A stretch of 64,000 nucleotides of DNA, taken from sequence record OQ471969.1, one strand, 5' to 3'. Below, one piece after another: positions 1-9,574 of the stretch. The DNA comes from Acinetobacter phage vB_AbaM_ABMM1. The position numbers and the translations under genes are program-made. Positions within the stretch are counted from its first letter, which is position 1; each line of letters starts with the position of its first letter. Under the pieces are notes generated by a model. The model ran no database searches. It saw only the letters and a program-made list of their open reading frames with translations, and had not been told where the DNA came from.

Positions 1-138
1 AACCGATGCCGTTTTGAAGGCGAATCTGAAAAAGAATGTGTTGAATGTGGTGAAGAAATACCAGAGCGCCGCCGTGCTTTAGGTGGCGTGAAATTCTGCA
101 TTGAATGCCAAACCAAGTTAGAACGCAAACGGCGCTAA
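1..138 (+). CDS. DksA/TraR-family C4 zinc-finger protein, C-terminal fragment (5' end outside window)
   Basis: In-frame translation from position 1 to the TAA at 136-138 gives ...ECVECGEEIPERRRALGGVKFCIECQTKLERKRR, i.e. a CxxC-(17)-CxxC zinc finger with the basic tail typical of phage TraR/DksA proteins. Confidence 0.6.
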   Translation, partial: NRCRFEGESEKECVECGEEIPERRRALGGVKFCIECQTKLERKRR

Positions 139-662
139 GGATAAATGTAATGTCTGGAATTATTCGTATAGACAGCCGTGTTGCTGGGTTTTCGGATCAA
201 CCAATTCGACTTATTGGAGCGGCATTTGCTGATACAGGTGAGCTTGTTATTCAAAAAACAGCTGTTTATTCAAATTTGCCCGTACCAAGCGATTTAAGAG
301 ATCAAACAGTTGTAGTAACTGACTCACCGGATCAAGTACAGAATTGGCAATTAAGTTTCAATGCTAAAGAGCACTTAGAAGAAGTGATTTCAATTTACCA
401 AGCTCGTTTCAGAGCAAAGTTAATTGAAATTGAGCCGAAGCTAAACCAGTACAACCCTAAAAACGTACTTGAAATCCGTAAGGTCGATAAAAACGGCCTT
501 CAGCAAGAATTTGATAGCAGCAGCTTAAACAATGGACACATTGCAATTCTATTAGCTGTTTGGGCTAGTACGAAAATTGCCAAAGGCTTTTCAATTACTG
601 AAGGGAATCAGTTTGAAGAAGATGCTGTAGATCCAACAATGCTTCCTTTTTCAATCTTTTAA
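105..662 (+). CDS. hypothetical phage protein
   Basis: 185-aa ORF immediately upstream of the terminase gene; no recognisable motif. Confidence 0.35.
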   Translation: MPNQVRTQTALRINVMSGIIRIDSRVAGFSDQPIRLIGAAFADTGELVIQKTAVYSNLPVPSDLRDQTVVVTDSPDQVQNWQLSFNAKEHLEEVISIYQARFRAKLIEIEPKLNQYNPKNVLEIRKVDKNGLQQEFDSSSLNNGHIAILLAVWASTKIAKGFSITEGNQFEEDAVDPTMLPFSIF

Positions 663-681
663 GTAATGGTGTTTTTACGGT

Positions 682-2673
682 ATGGCTTTGGCACCATTAA
701 AAGAAATTCCCGAATGGTGGGAACTTTGTGAGCGTTATCGATACGACATCTATGCTTTCGCCGTAGAAGCATTAGGTGTCGAACCCACATGGCAACAAGA
801 ATTACTTTTTGAATCTATTGCATTTGATGGTAGCCGTACTTCAGTAGCATCGGGGCATGGTTGCTTTGGTAAAGGGACTTTAATCAAATTAGCCAATGGG
901 GAATTTATCCCAGTTGAGCGTATTAATCTAAATCATAAAATTCTTGCTGCAGATGGTAAGACAGAACTAGATGTAATTAAAACAGTAACCGGTTATCAGG
1001 AAATGTTCCGGTTTGAATATGAGAATGGTAAAGCTCATACATTCAATAAATCACATATTCTTTGCTTAATTTCTTTATACGATGGTAACGGGTGGTCAAA
1101 GGGCGACAAGATTGAATTGCTTGTTTCTCAATATATGAACCTTAAACCTGAAAGTAGGGAACAGTTTGCATCTTATAGGCTTATAGATGGGGAACATAAG
1201 CCTTTAAAAATTACATCGGTTACTGAGCTAGGTGAAGGTAAATATTACGGTTTTGTACTCGATCCAGATCCATTTTTCTTGGGTGAAGATGACTTAGTAC
1301 TTCATAACACTGGTAAAACGGCCAGTGCCGGTATTGTTGCCTTATGGCATCTCTTGTTTTTTGATGAATCAATCATGATGTTTACTGCTCCGCAGATTGG
1401 GCAGTTAAAGAAACAAGTCTGGAAAGAAATCAGTATCAATCTAGCACGATTGAAGCAAGGCCCTTTGGCTTGGCTTGCTGATTATGTTGGGTACCAGTCT
1501 GAACTCGTTTACATCAAAGGCTACAAAGAAAAATGGTATGTCTTTGCTAAGACAGCACCAAAACATCAACCCACGAACTTAGCTGGTAACCACGGCGACA
1601 ACTATATGGTCTGGGTCGATGAGGCCAGCGGTGTAGATGATGCTGTACTTGATGTAGCATTTGGTGCATTAACTCACGAAGATAACCGTGCTGTAATGAC
1701 GTCGCAACCTACCCGTAATGCGGGTATGTTCTATGAGACTCATCACAAGTTAAGTCATCGAGCTGGTGGTGTTTGGATTGCTCTAACATTTAACGGGGAA
1801 GAGTCACCACTTGTTAGTAAGCAATCTTTAGAAGAACAACGGCAAAAGTATGGAAGCCGAGAAGATGCTCAGTACAAGATCCGTGTTCTAGGTGAATTCC
1901 CAGACTTATCTGATGAGTTCTTAATTACTAAACGTCAAACAGAAGAAATGTATGTTGGCGCGAGTATTTTTGAGGATCATCAATTTGGTTATGTCATTAC
2001 GGTAGACGTTGGTGGTGGTGTTGGCCGAGACGATTCTGTAATTGTTGTTTCTAAAGTTTGGGGTGAAACCCAATGGGGAGAACGTGCACGCCGTGTAGAG
2101 GTTGTAGATATACCTTTGTGCAAAAACAGAGATGATATCTTAGAACTATTTGCAAAGATTAATGAGCTACTTTTACAGTATCCAAATGCTAACTTGGTAG
2201 TAGATGACAACGGTGCAGGTAAAGGTTTAGGTCAGTATCTTAAAAAGCAAGGTATTTTCTACGTTCCTGTTTATTGGGGCTCACAATGTTTTAGTAATGA
2301 CAATAGAAAAGAGTTTACGAATAAACGGTCGTTAGCTTATGTGGGCTTAGCTCGAGCAATCGCTAGTGGTCGTTTTAAAATGAAAACGAAGAAACACAAC
2401 GTGAAAATTAAAGACCAATTAATTCACGTTCCATACCGTTTTGATGACTTTGCACGTTACAAAATCTTGAGTAAAGATGAAATGAAACGAATGGGAATTA
2501 AGTCGCCAGACTTGGGTGATGCTTTTGCTTTCTTATTCTTGGAAAACGTTCACTACACTGAAGCTTACGAAACTGTAAATGTCACTGACGATACACCGGA
2601 AGGCCGTGAACAAGCTGAACGTAAGTCAAGATTCAGTGCTTTAAGAGAAGCAGCTGAAAAAGAAAATGATTAG
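682..2673 (+). CDS. terL: terminase large subunit (ATPase + nuclease), mini-intein-containing
   Basis: After the intein the sequence continues TGKTAS, which with the preceding ASGHG forms the Walker A GHG|TGKTAS. Walker B MVWVDEASGV and the TSQPTR motif are present. The C-terminal RNaseH-like nuclease shows VITVDVGGGVGRDDSVIVV and VVDDNGAGKG. Confidence 0.85.
   Translation: MALAPLKEIPEWWELCERYRYDIYAFAVEALGVEPTWQQELLFESIAFDGSRTSVASGHGCFGKGTLIKLANGEFIPVERINLNHKILAADGKTELDVIKTVTGYQEMFRFEYENGKAHTFNKSHILCLISLYDGNGWSKGDKIELLVSQYMNLKPESREQFASYRLIDGEHKPLKITSVTELGEGKYYGFVLDPDPFFLGEDDLVLHNTGKTASAGIVALWHLLFFDESIMMFTAPQIGQLKKQVWKEISINLARLKQGPLAWLADYVGYQSELVYIKGYKEKWYVFAKTAPKHQPTNLAGNHGDNYMVWVDEASGVDDAVLDVAFGALTHEDNRAVMTSQPTRNAGMFYETHHKLSHRAGGVWIALTFNGEESPLVSKQSLEEQRQKYGSREDAQYKIRVLGEFPDLSDEFLITKRQTEEMYVGASIFEDHQFGYVITVDVGGGVGRDDSVIVVSKVWGETQWGERARRVEVVDIPLCKNRDDILELFAKINELLLQYPNANLVVDDNGAGKGLGQYLKKQGIFYVPVYWGSQCFSNDNRKEFTNKRSLAYVGLARAIASGRFKMKTKKHNVKIKDQLIHVPYRFDDFARYKILSKDEMKRMGIKSPDLGDAFAFLFLENVHYTEAYETVNVTDDTPEGREQAERKSRFSALREAAEKEND
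862..1308 (+). other. mini-intein (149 aa, no endonuclease domain) inserted in the terminase P-loop
   Basis: Starts at Cys61 (TGC 862-864, block A CFGKGTLIKLANGEF), contains a TxxH-like block B (AHTFNKSH) and ends ...LVLHN (AAC 1306-1308) with Thr as the +1 extein residue. Excising it restores the Walker A GHGTGKTAS. Confidence 0.75.
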
Positions 2674-2745
2674 TTATATGGAACTGCCCACTTAAATACC
2701 TATTCTTCATAACTACCATAGATCAATAAATCATATGGGTGGGTT

Positions 2746-4284
2746 ATGGCTATTAACTTCTTTTTAACTGACGCAGGTCGGAATGCATTAAATAAAGTGG
2801 GTGATGTCGCTGGTTTTGGTGGGGAACTGACACATCTTGCTATAGGTAGTAGTAAATTTGATGCATCAGTAGAAGCGAAAAACCTAACTTCTCTTAAAAA
2901 TGAATTAGCTAGATTTTCTCTTAACGGTGGTGGTGTAGATACAGAAACGGGTACTTTGCGTTTTGTAATGAGTATTGAGCCCACTTTAACAATGGAAGTG
3001 TTTGAGATGGGTATTTACCTATCAGATGGCACTTTACTTGCGGTGGCCTCGACTACAGCTGCTCAATCAATCATGTCTTTACATGCAAACGTAGTAGCCA
3101 TTGTTACATTTGGATTTGTTTTAACTGACGTTAATTTAAAAAACGTAACTATCAAGATTGATCCAAACACACCAATAGCTGTGATGTTGATGAATCAGCA
3201 TAGTGCAGATGAAGACCCACACCCACAATACGGCGCGTTAATTCGTAAGCTCATGACTGAACATAATCAGCATGAGGATCCGCACCCCCAATATGCATTT
3301 GAAAAAGATGTAAAAACCAAAGACGATGATTTACAACAACAGATTGATGATCTAGATCTTAGTTCCAAAAATTTGTTACAGCAGTTAATCGATTTCAAGA
3401 AAAACTTAGATGCTCAATATCCAAAATTAATTGGAGCAGGTGTAAATATTGGTAGCTCAGCCACAGTTGAACTAGGTGGCAAAGTTACTGATTTACGTGA
3501 TTCAAAATATGCAATCTATTTAACACCAGAAAGCTCACATGAAGCATGGAAGCTTACTCGTGCTGAAAAGGGTTTTTCATATGAAGTTTGGGACCGCTCA
3601 GGTCAAAACCGGATAGGGTATTCAGGTACTGTGAATTGGTCCGTTGTTCAGGTAGCTGCAGAAACACTAAACGATGGTAATGGCGATTACACAGTACCAG
3701 GTGTTTATATCATTCCAATTCAACCAAAAGAACAAAAAGAATTCATATTGGTTGGTGCTGGTGGTGCTGGTGGTGGCAGTGTCTGGGAGTTAGGAGCATT
3801 GGCACATGGGACTAGTGGTACAGATACACGCTTACGTTTAAATGAACTTGATTTGGCGGTTGTTGGGGGCGGTAAGGGCGGTACAAGTGGTCAGTGGTCG
3901 AATGGTAGTGCTTTCTCAAATGGTGCTGGTGGTTTAGCAGGTGTAATCACTGTGACATCAAACATTACCGAAATTTCACGCAAGCTTGGTAACGCTGGTA
4001 CAGCTGCAAACCAAACAAACCACAAAGGCGGTGCATCAGTAAGTCCAGTATCAAACTGGGGTGCTGGTGGTGATGGTGCTAATGGTGTAGGAGATGATGG
4101 CTGGGCACTTGGTGGTGGTGGTGCAAGTGGTGGATTACTCATTTGCCGATATGTGAATTCAACCGAAAAAACTCAGTATATGACTTTAGTTGTTGGCGAA
4201 GCTGGTCACACTACTGAAAGTAATGGCAACAGCGGTAAAGCTGGGATTGGTGGCTTTGCTCGTGTAAGTACTGTTAAAGCTTAA
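2746..4284 (+). CDS. tail fibre protein (P2 gpH-like N-terminal tail-collar domain; Gly-rich C-terminus)
   Basis: The N-terminus FFLTDAGRNALNKVGDVAG...FEMGIYLSDGTLLAV matches the phage tail-collar fibre N-domain. It carries tandem HEDPHPQY repeats and a C-terminal half of GAGGAGGG/GGGKGG tracts. Confidence 0.55.
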   Translation: MAINFFLTDAGRNALNKVGDVAGFGGELTHLAIGSSKFDASVEAKNLTSLKNELARFSLNGGGVDTETGTLRFVMSIEPTLTMEVFEMGIYLSDGTLLAVASTTAAQSIMSLHANVVAIVTFGFVLTDVNLKNVTIKIDPNTPIAVMLMNQHSADEDPHPQYGALIRKLMTEHNQHEDPHPQYAFEKDVKTKDDDLQQQIDDLDLSSKNLLQQLIDFKKNLDAQYPKLIGAGVNIGSSATVELGGKVTDLRDSKYAIYLTPESSHEAWKLTRAEKGFSYEVWDRSGQNRIGYSGTVNWSVVQVAAETLNDGNGDYTVPGVYIIPIQPKEQKEFILVGAGGAGGGSVWELGALAHGTSGTDTRLRLNELDLAVVGGGKGGTSGQWSNGSAFSNGAGGLAGVITVTSNITEISRKLGNAGTAANQTNHKGGASVSPVSNWGAGGDGANGVGDDGWALGGGGASGGLLICRYVNSTEKTQYMTLVVGEAGHTTESNGNSGKAGIGGFARVSTVKA

Positions 4285-4298
4285 ATAGGTGAAACAGT

Positions 4299-4577
4299 AT
4301 GAGAAATGACTATCGAAATGCTATCAGAGATTTAATTCACCGAAATCTTCAACAGAATAATATTCAGAACTTGATTGTATGGGAGATTAAAGAGGATGAA
4401 TCGCAAGATCCATCACTCTTAAGCTACAAGCTTTATGGTTCAAGAAATCATATCGATGCGGTTTTAGTGGCCTGTGGTGCCAACGGCATTTGGGAAAAAC
4501 TACCACTACAAAAGGTAGCATTTCCAAGGCTCGTTGATCTTTTAAGACTTCAAAAAGAATACTTGCAGGATAATTAA
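4299..4577 (+). CDS. hypothetical protein (possible fibre assembly/chaperone by position)
   Basis: 92-aa ORF tightly following the tail-fibre gene. Confidence 0.3.
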   Translation: MRNDYRNAIRDLIHRNLQQNNIQNLIVWEIKEDESQDPSLLSYKLYGSRNHIDAVLVACGANGIWEKLPLQKVAFPRLVDLLRLQKEYLQDN

Positions 4578-4578
4578 T

Positions 4579-5709
4579 ATGTCAGCATTCAAGCCAGATG
4601 ATTTACGCCGTGCCCAGCTGCAATTAAACCAATCTTTACAAAATGGTGGAGTTCGTAGAGATCAACAGAGTCGCCAGCGAGCAGATAGAGAACAGCGGGC
4701 ATTTGCCGAAAAAGAAATTGAATATGATGATTGGGGAAGAAAGATCCCTAAGCCTATGTTCTTGCGGCCACAAGATATTGCACAAGGCGAAAAATATGAT
4801 GTAGAGAGAGTGCTTTTTACAACCTTAGGTCAGCGAAATGGGGAAGTGCCACGGCGTATTACCCGTGATGATATTTTGGCATTTCAGGAAAACATTCAGT
4901 TATTAAAAGATCAGTATAGTAAGGGTATTACCCCTCAAAACATCATTAATTTAAGCCGACAAGATGATATTGACCGTGCAAATGAGCAAATATATTTGGC
5001 GGTACCAGTCAGCAGAAAAGCTGGTTTAGTGCACTTACTTACGAATGCCGGTCCAAATAGTAAAGTCTTAAATCATCACGTTGAGATTGAGTTTTCAAAC
5101 TTTAAATCTGTCGTATTTGATATCGACAAGCAGGCATTAACCACTGTAAAAAACCGCTTGGCTAAAGGCAAAATCAAATTTCAGTGTGATTGCGAACGTC
5201 ATACATTCTGGTACCGCTATATGGCAACTATTGGCGGCTACAATTTAGGACGTGATGAGGGCGGCTTTCCGAAAATACGTAACCCGCATTTATCCGGTGT
5301 GGCTTGTAAGCATGTATTGCGCGTTGTTAAGTGGATTAGTTCACCAGCAGGGATTGCCTACCTTAAAAAGGAAGTAGAGAAAGACCGTAAGAAACAAGTA
5401 GGTGCAAGGTATAAGCAAACAGATAAGCAAATACAGAATTCAATTAACGAGCAAGTAATGGATTTGATGAATGGTTCTGTTAAGCCAATCAAAGCCAATA
5501 TCCAAAAAGCAGAAAAAGAAATGATGCGTAGAGCAGATAAAGTTGCCAAAAAGCTCTTAGAACGCGAATTAAAAACCCTCAAACGTTTTGAAGTGGAAAC
5601 TATTAAAGCGAGTCAAATTGAAAGAATTCAAGCCTTACATAAATCAGGCGCAATCGACAATGACATGTTAAATGTCTTTATGAAGGGTTTAAGTCGAAAT
5701 GCTAAATAG
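4579..5709 (+). CDS. SWIM zinc-finger domain protein with C-terminal coiled coil
   Basis: CxCx(n)CxH signature: FQCDCERHTFWY...GVACKHVLRV. The C-terminal ~120 aa are lysine-rich with heptad repeats. Confidence 0.45.
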   Translation: MSAFKPDDLRRAQLQLNQSLQNGGVRRDQQSRQRADREQRAFAEKEIEYDDWGRKIPKPMFLRPQDIAQGEKYDVERVLFTTLGQRNGEVPRRITRDDILAFQENIQLLKDQYSKGITPQNIINLSRQDDIDRANEQIYLAVPVSRKAGLVHLLTNAGPNSKVLNHHVEIEFSNFKSVVFDIDKQALTTVKNRLAKGKIKFQCDCERHTFWYRYMATIGGYNLGRDEGGFPKIRNPHLSGVACKHVLRVVKWISSPAGIAYLKKEVEKDRKKQVGARYKQTDKQIQNSINEQVMDLMNGSVKPIKANIQKAEKEMMRRADKVAKKLLERELKTLKRFEVETIKASQIERIQALHKSGAIDNDMLNVFMKGLSRNAK

Positions 5710-6247
5710 ATCAGTAAATCATGTTGCAAATGGACGCCGTTTAGCAGCTAGACGTGTTGTGATGAATGCTCTAGCAAGTATTCCAGCGCAAATTTGGCGA
5801 AAAGAAGTAATTTTCAATAATCCAGCTGAAGATTCAAAACCTTTAGATCCTCTTTCTTTTGAAGCGAACACTTTATCGATTCAAGATGAACCCAACTACA
5901 AGTATGAATATAAGGGCGCTGCTTATGTTCATTTAGATAAATTTAATGGTGGTTATATTCAAAAGAACTTCTCTATGAATAACTCGTCTGATTTGGTGCT
6001 AACAGCTCAAGTTGAGCCATTCAATGAAGAATTGGACGATGTATTGGAAAGAATAATCAACATTCCCGACATGATTCTTAAAGAAGGGGATCTTTTAGGT
6101 TTAATGATTTATGAAAATCTTATGTTGTGGTTTGAGATTGTGAATATTACTGGTTTTAGCCTCATGGCAGATTTTGGCAGTAAGTATGTTTTAAACCGTA
6201 GAGATGATTTGTTTATTTCACCTATAGGTGATGGAGAAACTAAATGA
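5699..6247 (+). CDS. hypothetical phage protein
   Basis: ORF in a co-directional operon; the start overlaps the upstream stop. Confidence 0.35.
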   Translation: MLNRSVNHVANGRRLAARRVVMNALASIPAQIWRKEVIFNNPAEDSKPLDPLSFEANTLSIQDEPNYKYEYKGAAYVHLDKFNGGYIQKNFSMNNSSDLVLTAQVEPFNEELDDVLERIINIPDMILKEGDLLGLMIYENLMLWFEIVNITGFSLMADFGSKYVLNRRDDLFISPIGDGETK

Positions 6248-6546
6248 GCTATTTAATTTTCAATGATAAAGGTAAAAAGACAGGCGACATTGAAATGGCT
6301 GAACAATGTACTTCTGCAATTTTCAATTACCAGGTAATCGGGAACGGGGCAGAAGTAGAGTTTTTCGGAAGCAATATTCCATATGCAGATCCGCAAAACG
6401 ATTCTCACTGGGTGTCTATTCTTACATTAACAGCTGCTGCGCCCGATACTGAACCGTTTAGACAGCATTGCTGGGATAAGCTCCGTTATAAAGTGAAAGC
6501 AGGTGATAATGTGGAGATTTATGTTTCAAGTGGTGTAAGCGGATAG
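6244..6546 (+). CDS. hypothetical phage protein
   Basis: ORF with ATGA overlap; followed by hairpin terminator AGGACTGAGATGGTCCTTT at ~6559-6578. Confidence 0.35.
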   Translation: MSYLIFNDKGKKTGDIEMAEQCTSAIFNYQVIGNGAEVEFFGSNIPYADPQNDSHWVSILTLTAAAPDTEPFRQHCWDKLRYKVKAGDNVEIYVSSGVSG

Positions 6547-6700
6547 CTATATAAATAAAGGACTGAGATGGTCCTTTAGCTACATTTTCTTTGTCCTCAA
6601 TTTTGGGGACTTTTTTATGTTTGGAACCGACCAGCTTTAGTAAAAATACGCCATGTCAGACTTTCTGCATCTTACATAGAAAGCCAAAGGCTGGTTTAAA

Positions 6701-8479
6701 ATGACTGTGTTAACAGAAGAAATTCGTAAAAAGTATGATGCTCAACAACTAGCTACTGTTCAGTGCCGAAATTACTATTTCAAGAGTCCTGAAGAGCTTG
6801 AAAATGGGTTTGACAGTGCTCAAACAGCGGCAGAAGAGTACCCAGAAGTATTAAAAGCAATTTTTGATTCAATTGGCATCGAATATGCGCCAGAAGTTGA
6901 TAAAGCTGTGATGTTTGGGGTGTCACAATATCAATCACGTCATGGAGGTGAATTACCGCATCCTTCAATCATTGCAGCTGCATTAACTGCTGGTTTAAGT
7001 GGTGCGAAACAAGCAGCTGCTTTGCCTGCCGAGACCCTTAGCTATTACGATAGTATTAATGAATCTGGTTTTGATGATGTAAATCACCAGCATCATGAAT
7101 CTGTAAGCATCGTTCCAGCAATTACAGTTGCTACTATCGCCAACGTTATCGCTTATGCAACACCTATCGTTGCTATGATTCCCAACTCAAATGGCTCAAA
7201 TGAAGTACCGATTGTATCTATTCGCTTTATCACCAACCGTGATTTTGGTGCAATGAAGAAATCAGAATACTTAGATGGTGCAAATGCTTCTAAGCCTTAT
7301 GTTGAAGGACGATTCCGTTTTGCATTGTCTAATGGTGGTGCAGGTACAACTTATACTGTAACTGCACGAACAGGTTATGAAGACTTCAAGGCTAAAACAC
7401 CTGACGCCAAAGCGAGTTTATTGCCATTTATTGCGGGTAATGTATCTATCAAGATCAATGGTAAAGAAGTTGCGCATACTCGAAGCCGCAGTAAATCAAA
7501 ATTTTCAGGCAAGATTTCTGCTATTGCTGAGAAAAACGTAGTAGTAAACGGCGTTGAATATCGTGTAATTGGTAGCGAAATTGACATTTCAGCTAGCAAA
7601 ATTAGCGTGACTTTGAATGAAGCATTACCAGCTGGTGCGAAAATTGAAGTTCATCTTGTGGCGGATTTTGATGCACGGGATGGTAATGATAACTATCTAT
7701 TAACCCCAGTTGGTGTTGATTTCGAACCTGAATATGAAACATTGGTTGCGTCACCAATCATGGCACGGGTTACAGCTTCAACACTATTACAATCTCAGTT
7801 AACTAACGAACTTAAGCTTGGTTTCCTGGGGCAGGCTTTAGCTATTGTTCAAGGAAAAATCTTCTTAGAACAAACTGTTCGTTTATTAGGTGAAGCAAAA
7901 GATTTAGCTGAATACTCAGGTCGTGAAGTTACTTTTGATGCATCTCGTGGTGTGACTGGTAAATTAGCAGCTGCATTTAATACTTCAGGTGACTTGTTTG
8001 CGGAAGTAAATAAATTTATTGCAGCGGCCAAATTGGATATTAACCAACGTACAGGTGGCTCTACCGTAGCATTTGACTTATATGTTGGCGATACTGGCTC
8101 AGTATTCTTTAATCAACTGTCAAGCGACAAGATGCCAGTTAAAACCGGATACACTGCTGGTTATGGTCAAATTGTCCGTATTGGTACTCTTGCAGATGGT
8201 ACTAACGTTTACCACGCACCGTCAGCACAAGAGCTTGTAGCTGAAGCAGATACAGCGTTTGATATGCTTTTAGTTGGTCGTGGTAATGAGCCAATTCGTG
8301 CGCCGTTCGTTGGCTTTATTCAAACGCCTCTTTCAGTTATTGAAACTCGTCCAGATGCGCGTGAATCAGTACTTACTTTAATCGGTGCTCAAGCAGCCGA
8401 AATGAACCCGTTAGAACGTTATGCTGATCAAAGCTATGTCATCCACTGTATCAATATGCCATCCCTCAAAAATTCGTAA
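6701..8479 (+). CDS. putative major structural (capsid-like) protein
   Basis: 592-aa ORF with its own promoter and terminator (8491-8516), highest-expression-like codon usage and a Gly/Ala/Thr-rich beta-type composition. The assignment is positional and not motif-based. Confidence 0.3.
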   Translation: MTVLTEEIRKKYDAQQLATVQCRNYYFKSPEELENGFDSAQTAAEEYPEVLKAIFDSIGIEYAPEVDKAVMFGVSQYQSRHGGELPHPSIIAAALTAGLSGAKQAAALPAETLSYYDSINESGFDDVNHQHHESVSIVPAITVATIANVIAYATPIVAMIPNSNGSNEVPIVSIRFITNRDFGAMKKSEYLDGANASKPYVEGRFRFALSNGGAGTTYTVTARTGYEDFKAKTPDAKASLLPFIAGNVSIKINGKEVAHTRSRSKSKFSGKISAIAEKNVVVNGVEYRVIGSEIDISASKISVTLNEALPAGAKIEVHLVADFDARDGNDNYLLTPVGVDFEPEYETLVASPIMARVTASTLLQSQLTNELKLGFLGQALAIVQGKIFLEQTVRLLGEAKDLAEYSGREVTFDASRGVTGKLAAAFNTSGDLFAEVNKFIAAAKLDINQRTGGSTVAFDLYVGDTGSVFFNQLSSDKMPVKTGYTAGYGQIVRIGTLADGTNVYHAPSAQELVAEADTAFDMLLVGRGNEPIRAPFVGFIQTPLSVIETRPDARESVLTLIGAQAAEMNPLERYADQSYVIHCINMPSLKNS

Positions 8480-8542
8480 GTAAAACAAATAAGGGCGCAT
8501 TTTGATGCGCCTTTTTACCCTATTTATTGAAAGGAAAATCTC

Positions 8543-9166
8543 ATGGCTGCAGCAACACAAAATTCTGACGAAACTTTAGCTTCAACTGACGATCAAACTA
8601 CTACCAAGCAAAAAGCAACCCGTAGTAAAACTAATAAAACTACTGAAGCACAGAATACCCAAACTGGTGATGAAAAAGCTTCAGATCAAGGTGATTTGTT
8701 AAATAGCCAAGGTCCGGAAAACGGCGCATCTCAAGATGAAGGTAATAAACCTAATGATTTGAAAAATGGTGATTCAGATAATGAAGATTCCAGTACTATA
8801 GATAATGGAAACTCAACTGAATCATCAAATGAGTCTGTCTCACCTTTAAAAAATCTTGATTCCAAAATTAGTTGGAATGTTGATGAGTTAGGGTATGTAG
8901 CAAATAAAACTAAAGAAACTGATATTTCCAAAGCCGAACATCAAATTGTAGAAAATCTAGCTGGTTCAAGCATTAGTATTCTGGATTCTCTAGTTATTAA
9001 TGTGACTAATAACGGATTTTCAACTGTTTTAGAACCGTTATCACGTGTTGCTATTGAGGCAGGTAAAACAGCAAGTATTACGTGTCATAACCAAACATTT
9101 AAACATCAAGTACTGGAAAACTTACGTCAGTTGAAGGGACTTGGTAAGAATCTAACTGTTGAGTAA
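8543..9166 (+). CDS. acidic Ser/Thr/Asn-rich low-complexity protein
   Basis: 207 aa with a disordered acidic N-terminal half. Confidence 0.35.
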   Translation: MAAATQNSDETLASTDDQTTTKQKATRSKTNKTTEAQNTQTGDEKASDQGDLLNSQGPENGASQDEGNKPNDLKNGDSDNEDSSTIDNGNSTESSNESVSPLKNLDSKISWNVDELGYVANKTKETDISKAEHQIVENLAGSSISILDSLVINVTNNGFSTVLEPLSRVAIEAGKTASITCHNQTFKHQVLENLRQLKGLGKNLTVE

Positions 9167-9458
9167 CAAGATGACTATTTTCATTATTGATGGCACGAAC
9201 CCAATTATGGATGCTGTAGGTGATCAACCAACAGAACGAAGTATTACACTTCAAAATAAAGGTTTAAGTGACATTACCGAACCATTTACACAAGTTTTAG
9301 TACAAGCTGGTCAAAAGGTTACATTCACTTTGATCGGTGACGAAGCTCATAAACAATTGCTAGATAACTTAGATCAAATTAATGGCTTGAAAGGTAATGT
9401 ACTTCAGATTGTACCTACTGAGGCAGAAGAGCCTACAGTGCCTGCTAGCGGATTATAA
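9159..9458 (+). CDS. hypothetical phage protein
   Basis: 99-aa ORF whose start overlaps the upstream stop; followed by terminator 9473-9498. Confidence 0.35.
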   Translation: MSNKMTIFIIDGTNPIMDAVGDQPTERSITLQNKGLSDITEPFTQVLVQAGQKVTFTLIGDEAHKQLLDNLDQINGLKGNVLQIVPTEAEEPTVPASGL

Positions 9459-9574
9459 AATTTAGGAAATGAAAAACCACTTTCGAGTGGTTTTTTTCAT
9501 TGGAACTAGCCAGAAAATCAAAAAAGCCAACGGCTCAAAATACTTAAAACAAATAGCCTTGGGCGTGTAATGTA

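Noticed and set aside
2700-2984. 94-aa minus-strand ORF overlapping the tail-fibre start
   Set aside because: It is antisense to a strongly supported gene start and is proline/serine-rich nonsense.
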